A stretch of 64,000 nt of DNA from an uncultured delta proteobacterium (lineage in GTDB: Bacteria > Myxococcota > Myxococcia > Myxococcales > Myxococcaceae), in contig CAVZMH010000022.1 in assembly GCA_963776345.1 (NCBI GenBank), positions 539,415 to 603,414 of the forward strand. Reading direction: 5' to 3'. The notes beneath the pieces were generated by a model. It worked only from the letters and a program-made list of their open reading frames with translations, made no database searches and had not been told where the DNA came from. Of this stretch, positions 57,677 to 64,000 are shown in pieces. A program made the translations under genes and the position numbers. The stretch's first letter is position 1. Every line of letters begins with the position of its first letter.

Positions 57677-58843
57677 TCAGAAGAGCGGAATGCCGAGCAG
57701 GGCCTTGCCGATGAATTCGCGGAGGACGTCGACCGTGGGCGCCATCACCGACCCGGCATGGGCGTCCCGGAAGTACCGCTCGATCGAGGTGTGCTTGGAG
57801 AACGCGGCGCCGCCGCAGGCGTGCATCGCCTGGGAGGTGACTCGGGTCGCGGTCTCGCCGGCCGAGGCCTTCACCTCGAGCACCTGGAGCATGGTGGCCG
57901 GCCCGGGGTTCTCGAGCGCGCGGATGCAGCCGTCGATGCGGTGGGCGAGCCCGTCGGTGTCGATCTGCATCTGGGCCAGGGTCTGCCGCAGGGTGGGGAG
58001 CGCCTCGCCGAGCGAGGTGTTGCCCAGGTGCTCGAACCGGCTGGTCTTGAGATGGGTGACGGTGGCGCCCACCGCGGCGCGGCAGATGCCGAGCGCGACG
58101 GTGGCGCTGGCGAGGTTGAACCAGGGCAGGACGATGTTCAGCTTGGCGGCGAAGCCCCCGCCCTCGTCGGTGAGGCGACGGTCCTCTCCGACCTCCACCG
58201 CCTCCAGGGTCATGGGCGAGGAGGCGGTGGCGCGCAGCCCCAGGCCGTCCCACGGCGCGGCGACGTGCAGCCCGGGGGCGGAGCGCGGCACCAGGTAGAG
58301 CGTGGAATCGGTCGGACCCTTCGCCTCGGAGGAGAGCGTGGTGACGACGTAGCTGTCGGCGAAGCCGGCGCTGGTGACCCAGGACTTCCGGGCGTTGAGC
58401 TGCACGCCGCCGGCAGTCCGGGAGGCCCTGGAGATCGGCGCCCAGAAGTGGCTGCGCGAGCCGGCCTCGCTGAAGGCCAGGGTGGTGAGGTGCTTGCCGC
58501 GGGACATGTCCTGCAGCGCCGTCGCGAACACCGGACTCTTGGTCGCCTTGGCCCCGGCGACGATCACCTCGGTGGCGCAGACGTGCATCATGTAGATCAT
58601 CGCCACGGAGGGGTCCGCCTCGGCGAGGATGGCGTTGATCTCGGCGAAGGCGCGCGGTCCGAGCGCCGAGCCGCCGGCGCTGGCTGGCACGTTCAGCGCC
58701 AGGAGTCCGGCGTCTCCGAGCGCAGCGATGGCTTCCGTGGGGAAGGTCCCCGCCCGGTCGTGGGCGTGGGCTGCCGGGGCAACGGTCGCCTGGGCGACCT
58801 CGCGAGCACGAGCGACTGCGGTCTGGTGATCCAGGGGGGGCAT
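57677..58843 (-). CDS. Acyl-CoA dehydrogenase family flavoprotein (Rv1679/FadE16-like)
   Basis: LAFSEAGSRSHFWAP, KSWVTSAG, WDGLGLR..AS, GGAAF, ERYFRDA...VMAPT; RBS GAGGAGG; ATG at 58843. Confidence 0.9.
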   Translation of the reverse strand: MPPLDHQTAVARAREVAQATVAPAAHAHDRAGTFPTEAIAALGDAGLLALNVPASAGGSALGPRAFAEINAILAEADPSVAMIYMMHVCATEVIVAGAKATKSPVFATALQDMSRGKHLTTLAFSEAGSRSHFWAPISRASRTAGGVQLNARKSWVTSAGFADSYVVTTLSSEAKGPTDSTLYLVPRSAPGLHVAAPWDGLGLRATASSPMTLEAVEVGEDRRLTDEGGGFAAKLNIVLPWFNLASATVALGICRAAVGATVTHLKTSRFEHLGNTSLGEALPTLRQTLAQMQIDTDGLAHRIDGCIRALENPGPATMLQVLEVKASAGETATRVTSQAMHACGGAAFSKHTSIERYFRDAHAGSVMAPTVDVLREFIGKALLGIPLF

Positions 58844-59089
58844 GGATCCTCCTCGGGCCCGTGCTGGATATCCTCGCCGGGAGGATTCGTCCACGGGGAA
58901 GGGGTCGCATCGAAGCGATCTTGACCGTCGGCTCCCGGAGCAGCTGGCTCCCGGGCCTCCCCCGGAGGTGCTCCTCGCCGCGCGCTCGAACTCGGTACCG
59001 CGAGCTTCATCCGTGCGTCGAGAGCTTGACGGTGAAGGCGGAGCACCGCTGACGAGACACAGCGCGTGGGGATGAGCGCTACTCAACCG

Positions 59090-59511
59090 TCAGCTGGGGA
59101 GGATGCGGTGACCGGCCTCAACGCGCCGCGACGACCTCCAGCCCGGGCCACGCCGGAAGTGACGCAGGTTCGCAGTGAGGAGCGGGCGCTGGATGGCGAG
59201 ACACACGCCGGCGAGTGCCGCCGCGATCAGCGTGTCCCGCTCTCGCGCTCGATCGGTGGGTCCGGCCTGAGGAGTCGGTCGACTTCTGCTGCGCGCCTGG
59301 CAGCAGCGTCGCTCAGCGGGTACACGCGAACACCGCGAAACGCACGCCGGGCCGCGTCGCGGGCGGTCTCCGACTCGAGCCCCTTCCAGATCTCGAACAC
59401 GGTGATGGCGGTCGCGGCGAGTCGCCCCGCGCCCAGCAACGTCACGAGCTTGCGGTGCGCCCCCTCGGCTCGAAGGAGATCGATGAACGCGTCCGTGTCC
59501 GCAACGATCAC
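59090..59511 (-). pseudogene. VapC/PIN toxin, frame-disrupted near 59240
   Basis: MIVADTDAFID...ITVFEI in one frame; RDTLIAA...LLTANLRHF in another. Confidence 0.75.
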
Positions 59512-59783
59512 TCCACGGTCCAAGGAGCTTTCCTCCCTTCACGGACCCTCTCCCGGAGATCCGTCCCGCGCAGAGCCCCGACAGCTTCGAGCGCCGCGGC
59601 GATGTCCTCCTTCGAGGGAGCGGGCGGCTCCTCCACGCCCAGCTCTTCGTCGGCGTGCTGGTCGAGACGTCGACGCGCCCAGTCCGACAGGGAGACACCG
59701 GCCCGCTCGGCGGCGCGGAGCCACTTCGCCTTCCGGCCAGCAGGCAACCTCAACTCGACACGCTCCTCAGCCTTGGACCGCAT
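59508..59783 (-). CDS. Putative ribbon-helix-helix antitoxin
   Basis: ERVELRL...KAKWLRAAERAGVSLSDWARRRL; GTGA-coupled to the PIN gene. Confidence 0.75.
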   Translation of the reverse strand: MRSKAEERVELRLPAGRKAKWLRAAERAGVSLSDWARRRLDQHADEELGVEEPPAPSKEDIAAALEAVGALRGTDLRERVREGRKAPWTVE

Positions 59784-59832
59784 CCGTACATTGTACGGTC
59801 CCTACGGGGTCGCGGCAACGGCCCCGGGCCGC

Positions 59833-60000
59833 TCATGAGAGCCCCGAGGGCTGGACCTCGATGAGCCCGGTCTCTTCCTCCCTCGAGAGTCTCACTTCGG
59901 AGGCGTCCGCCTCGATGAGCACGTAGCGGCCGGGCGGAAGGCGCTTCAGCTGCTCGGGAAGGTGCTCTCCGTCCCAGTCCAGGGTGTGAGGCATGTGCAT
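59833..60000 (-). CDS. Small hypothetical protein or truncated antitoxin-like remnant
   Basis: LDWDGEHLPEQLKRLPPGRYVL...LSREEETGL; GGAG upstream. Confidence 0.45.
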   Translation of the reverse strand: MHMPHTLDWDGEHLPEQLKRLPPGRYVLIEADASEVRLSREEETGLIEVQPSGLS

Positions 60001-60282
60001 AGGATGGCGACTCCTGTGAGCGAGTGCCCGGTGTGAGCCGGTGCGACAGTCGTGCCAGCGGCCGCCGACGGAGAAAGCCACGGCCGGCGTCCTGGACCCT
60101 GGACCCGGACGTCGCCCTCGCTGGACGCGGGGTACGCTCCCGACAGCCCGTGAAGCTCGATCCCCGAGCTGTCCTTCGTGGTCCTCATCGGCCGATCCGG
60201 GAGGAACTGGAGCCGGGCCGCGGCGCTCAGCGCGTGAACCAACTCAGGAACGTGTTCCAGTGCAGAGTCGCGCGGTCGCGTA

Positions 60283-60945
60283 CTAGCGCCCTGACCGGCG
60301 GCGTGGCTTCCGCACCGCGCGGACCCGGCCGCTCTCGCCACCGCCGGCGTAGAAGAGCTCGCCCCGGTCCGACTCCAGTCCGCTCACCGCCGTCCCCTCG
60401 GGCATCGTCAGGCGGGTCAGCACCTCGCCTGTCGCGGGGTCGACCTGGCGGATGTCGGCGTCGTCACCTTCCCAGGTCCCGTGCCAGAGCTCGCCGTCCA
60501 CCCAGGTGACTCCGGTGACGAAGCGGTTCGACTCGATCGTGCGCAGGATCGCCCCGGTGTCGGGATCGATCTGGTGGATCTTCCGGTCGCGGTATTGCCC
60601 GACCCACAGCGTCCCCTCGCCCCAGGCCAGCCCCGAGTCACGCCCGCCGCCGGGGGCCGGGATCGTCGACAGGACCTCGCCGGTCGCCGGATCGATCTTC
60701 TGGATGCGGTCGCCCGCGATCTGGAAGAGGTGCCGGCCGTCGAAGGCGGTCCCGGCATCGCAGGCGACGTCCAGGGCGCGCACGATCCTGCCCCTCGCCG
60801 GCTCGAAGGCCTGCAGCTTCTCGCCGCCGGCGAACCAGACCAGGCTCCCGTCGAAGCTGACGCCGTGCACGTGCGGTGCGCCGGGAAAGGGCCCGTACTC
60901 GCGCACGATCTCCGCTGGCTGATCGGTGTCGCTCTCCTTGCGCAT
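60283..60945 (-). CDS. Glutaminyl-cyclase/YncE-like beta-propeller protein
   Basis: Repeated GxxFDG/W blades: VHGVSFDG, GTAFDG, SGLAW, TGVTWVDG; RBS AAAGGAG. Confidence 0.8.
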   Translation of the reverse strand: MRKESDTDQPAEIVREYGPFPGAPHVHGVSFDGSLVWFAGGEKLQAFEPARGRIVRALDVACDAGTAFDGRHLFQIAGDRIQKIDPATGEVLSTIPAPGGGRDSGLAWGEGTLWVGQYRDRKIHQIDPDTGAILRTIESNRFVTGVTWVDGELWHGTWEGDDADIRQVDPATGEVLTRLTMPEGTAVSGLESDRGELFYAGGGESGRVRAVRKPRRRSGR

Positions 60946-60966
60946 CGTCTGCTCCTTTCTCGTTCC

Positions 60967-62188
60967 CTAACCGAATCCGCCGGAGACCGGGAGCAACAAG
61001 GTCGTCGCGAATCCGGTCACTGGCGCGGAGAGCCAGCGCCGGGAGCGGCCGCGGCCCAGCCCGCGCACCTGGGCGGCCTCCTCCAGGGCGACCAGGGCCC
61101 GCTGCACCGTCCGCTGGCTCGACCGCAGGGCCAGAGCCAGCGCCGAGGTCGACCAGGCCTCGCCGTCGGCGAGCAGCGCCAGGACGCCCGCGTCGGGGCT
61201 CTCGATCGGCGGCGCCAGCAGCCGGACCGTGCCCGCTCCTCGCGCCACCAGGCGGAAGCCACCGGCGGTGGCCTGGATCTCGGCGAGCGCCCGCAGCTCC
61301 TGGCGCAGGCGTCCCATCCCGACCCGCAGGCGCGCGCGGTGGGACGGGTTCGCCCGGCGCGCCCCGAACGCGCGCTCGATCAGGTCCCCGCGCGCCGCCT
61401 CGCCGGGCCAGGCCTCGGCCAGACCGCAGAGCAGCGCGAAGAGCGCCGGCCGGCGCGAGAGCCGAACGACCCGCTCTCCCCGGCGTGCCGCCCGCCGGCA
61501 GCCGTCGACGACCAGGTCCGGTGAGGCGAGCACCGCCTCGACCTCGGCCAGGGTCAGGGGCCGCGCCTCGCCCGCGGCGACGAGGCGCGCCGCCGGCAGG
61601 ACGAGGGTCCGGCCAGCCTGCTCGACCTCGGCGCACAGCGCCCCGATGCCCGACCGCGCCGCCGCCTCCCGCGCGCGGGCGAGGGCCTCGCGTGCCTGCG
61701 CGGCTCGCCCCCGGCGGAGCGCGATCTCGAAGGTGACCAGGGCGGCGACGGCCGCGAGACGGGGGGGGCCGGCGCCGAGCTCGAGCGTCGCGCACGCGGC
61801 GTCCGCCTCGTCGACCCGGCCGAGCAGCAAGAGCCGCCGGATCAGCAGAAGCCGGGCGTGGAGCCGCGTTCTCCCGATCGCCGTGAGCGGTGAACGTGCG
61901 CAGGGCCTCGGTCAGCGCCCGCGGCGGCCAGGCGAGATCGCGCGCCGCCAGCGCCACCTCGGTCTCCGCCGTCAGGCAGCGCGCCCGCGCGACCGTCTCC
62001 CGCGGCCCGAAGCCCCGCGCCGCCCGTCGCAGCAGCTCCCGCGCCCGCCCCAGCTCCCCGAGCTGGGCCATCGCGATCCCGCGCAGGGCGAGGGCCGGCG
62101 GGTCGTCTCGCAGGGCGACGCGCTTGAGCGCGCCGAGCGGATCCCCCGCGCGCAGCGCGCGCCCCGCAGCCGTGATCGAGGAATCCAT
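60967..62188 (-). CDS. TPR-like/HTH putative transcriptional regulator, frameshift near 61860
   Basis: MDSSITAAGRAL..GDPLGALKRVALRDD in one frame; C-terminal HTH WSTSALALAL..SQRTVQRAL in the next frame. Confidence 0.78.
60988..61008 (-). promoter_or_regulatory. Putative regulator site B within the last codons of the HTH gene
   Basis: GCGACGACCTTGTTGCTCCCG, 17/21 identical to the site at 62203. Confidence 0.5.
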
Positions 62189-62202
62189 CGTCCGAGCCTA
62201 AC

Positions 62203-62223
62203 GCGTCGCCGTTGTTACTCCCG
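62203..62223 (+). promoter_or_regulatory. Putative regulator site A upstream of DUF899
   Basis: GCGTCGCCGTTGTTACTCCCG in the divergent intergenic region. Confidence 0.5.
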
Positions 62224-62292
62224 CGCCGCTTCGGCGGACGGTATCTCTGGTCCTGCGCAGGGGCTGAACCCTGCCGACAAGGGAGAAGAGCG

Positions 62293-63054
62293 ATGACGAA
62301 GCACAGGACCGGCACACGTGACGAGTGGCTCGCGGCGCGGCTCGAGCTGCTCGAGGCGGAGAAGGAGCTCACACGGCGCAGCGACGAGCTGGCGCAAAGG
62401 AGGCAGGAGCTGCCGTGGGTCCGGATCGACAAGGAGTACCGATTCGACACCGACGAGGGTAGCGCCTCGCTGAAGGACCTCTTCCGGGGGCGCTCGCAGC
62501 TGCTCATCTACCATTTCATGTTCGGGCCGGACTACACGGCCGGGTGCCCGTCCTGCTCGGCGATCGCCGACGGGTTCAACGGGACCGCGGTTCACCTCGC
62601 CAACCACGACGTCACGCTGTCGGCGGTCTCGCGGGCGCCGCTGGCGAAGCTGCAGGCGTACAGGCGGCGGATGGGGTGGACGTTCCCCTGGGCGTCCTCG
62701 TTCGGCAGCGACTTCAACACCGACTTCGCCGTCCGGGTCACCGAGGAGCAACAGCGCAACGGTGGCATCGAGTACAACTACCGCCGCGAGGGTCGGTGGG
62801 ATCTCCGCGGCGAGGAGGGCCCCGTCCACGAGATGGCGGCCATGACTGGAACCGACGCCGCCACGTACACCCGCGAGAGACCGGGCCTGAGCGCGTTCGT
62901 GCTCGAGGGCGGCACCGTCTACCACACGTATTCCAGCTATGCGCGCGGACTGGACGGGCTGTGGGGCATGTACCAGTGGCTCGACCGCGCACCGAAGGGG
63001 CGCAACGAGCAAGGCATCTGGTGGCGCCGCCACGACGAGTACGACCAGCGATGA
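62293..63054 (+). CDS. DUF899 family thioredoxin-like protein
   Basis: EWLAARLELL..EKELTR, LFRGRSQL..YHFMF, GCPSCS, SRAPL, LDRAPKGRNE, WWRRHDEY. Confidence 0.92.
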   Translation: MTKHRTGTRDEWLAARLELLEAEKELTRRSDELAQRRQELPWVRIDKEYRFDTDEGSASLKDLFRGRSQLLIYHFMFGPDYTAGCPSCSAIADGFNGTAVHLANHDVTLSAVSRAPLAKLQAYRRRMGWTFPWASSFGSDFNTDFAVRVTEEQQRNGGIEYNYRREGRWDLRGEEGPVHEMAAMTGTDAATYTRERPGLSAFVLEGGTVYHTYSSYARGLDGLWGMYQWLDRAPKGRNEQGIWWRRHDEYDQR

Positions 63055-63851
63055 CCGGAGTCGCGATGCCGCCCGAGCGAGTATCCCATCGGGCGGTCCT
63101 GGGCATCTCGGCGCTGCTCTTCGCTGCGAGCGCGGCGGTGACGGTCGTCTGGTGCGCGTCCATGTCCTCGATGCCCGGGATGCCGATGCCCGGGGGCTGG
63201 ACGATGTCGATGGCCTGGATGCGGATGCCCGGTCAGACGTGGATCGGCGCCGCGGCGTCGTTCACTGGCATGTGGGCGGTGATGATGGTGGCGATGATGC
63301 TGCCATCGCTGGTCCCGATGCTGGGGCGCTACCGGGAGACCGTGGATTTGACCGGGAACCCGCGCCTCGGGTGGCTGACCGTGCGGGTGGGTCTCGGCTA
63401 CTTCGTGGTCTGGGGCTTGCTGGGCGTGGCGGTGTTCCCGGTCGGGGTCGCCGTGGCGACCGTCGAGATGGAGCGCGCGATGGTGGCGCGCGCCGTCCCG
63501 CTCGCGTCGGGGGCGGTCGTGCTGATGGCAGGAGCCTTCCAGTTCACGGCGTGGAAGGCGCGTCAGCTTGCCTGCTGCCGGGACTTGCCCAAGCGGGGCC
63601 TGGCGGCCGATGCCGGAACGGCCTGGCGACACGGCCTGCGCCTCGGGGCTCGCTGCAGCGCCTGTTGTGCCGGTCCGACGGCGGTCCTCCTGGTCGTTGG
63701 AGTGATGGACCTCCGAGCGATGGTGGCGGCAGCGGCGGCCATCACGGCCGAACGTCTGGCCCCGGCAGGTGAACGTGTGGCGCGCGCCCTCGGAGCCCTG
63801 ACCGTCGGAGCGGGAGTGCTCCTGGTCGCGCGGGCAGCCGGGCTGGGATGA
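63051..63851 (+). CDS. DUF2182 predicted metal-binding integral membrane protein
   Basis: Met-rich N-terminus, MWAVMMVAMMLPS, QFTAWK..L.CCR, CSACC, GVMDL; ATGA overlap. Confidence 0.9.
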   Translation: MTGVAMPPERVSHRAVLGISALLFAASAAVTVVWCASMSSMPGMPMPGGWTMSMAWMRMPGQTWIGAAASFTGMWAVMMVAMMLPSLVPMLGRYRETVDLTGNPRLGWLTVRVGLGYFVVWGLLGVAVFPVGVAVATVEMERAMVARAVPLASGAVVLMAGAFQFTAWKARQLACCRDLPKRGLAADAGTAWRHGLRLGARCSACCAGPTAVLLVVGVMDLRAMVAAAAAITAERLAPAGERVARALGALTVGAGVLLVARAAGLG

Positions 63852-64000
63852 CTCGTCCTCGGGCCAGACCGGTGGCGCTCTGCGTCGGAAGCGCGCGTGC
63901 GGAGGTTGGTCTCGGGTCGTAGCCCGGGTCCAGGGCACCGGCCGGTCGGGGCAAGCACCGACCGGTCGTGGTGGGCAACGGCGGGTCGGGGGGGGCTCAC

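Noticed and set aside
52007..59090. Selenoprotein (UGA read-through) in or before the rSAM operon
   Set aside because: Considered because of the TIGR04282 association. The TGA codons coincide with normal gene ends and coupled starts, and I saw no interrupted redox ORF upstream.
126..63938. Many long overlapping or antisense ORFs (e.g. 3996..6254+, 8033..10477+, 37668..39992+, 47930..50401+, 55953..58298+)
   Set aside because: Shadow ORFs typical of very high-GC DNA. They are low-complexity, lack motifs and lie opposite or out of frame with well-supported genes.
1..64000. Prophage, IS transposase, integron, tRNA or rRNA
   Set aside because: No recognisable integrase, transposase or phage protein motifs and no RNA-gene signatures by eye. 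A covariance-model scan was not possible.

Overview
High-GC, gene-dense chromosomal segment of about 70 CDS. Gene content (Ser/Thr kinase, ECF sigma factors, sigma54 promoters, DUF885, IorAB) suggests Myxococcota; this is an inference. I saw no rRNA, tRNA, CRISPR array, integrase or transposase. Recognisable housekeeping and metabolic units are ilvE, map, a sigma54-driven nirBDC-hemD-siroheme operon, an IorAB-type molybdoenzyme, ChrA, TolC and HPF. The best candidates for undescribed systems are: (1) a tightly coupled 7-gene operon (52.0-58.8 kb) joining an Rv1679/Rv1680/Rv1681-like core (ACAD, PhnD-like binding protein, radical SAM) to a TIGR04282-GT87-rSAM/SPASM-GT2 glycosylation module; (2) an operon of lipoprotein truncated globin, Ser/Thr kinase-RDD and YceI-dihaem cytochrome c; (3) an ABC system whose two permeases carry one active and one degenerate gluzincin domain; (4) a non-coding element with a perfect 28-bp inverted repeat plus a 77-bp tandem array upstream of a sigma54-type promoter. 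Several regulatory sites can be read directly from the DNA, including operators embedded in coding sequence. Five genes are frame-disrupted, probably through assembly indels. All family names come from motif recognition by eye, not from database searches.
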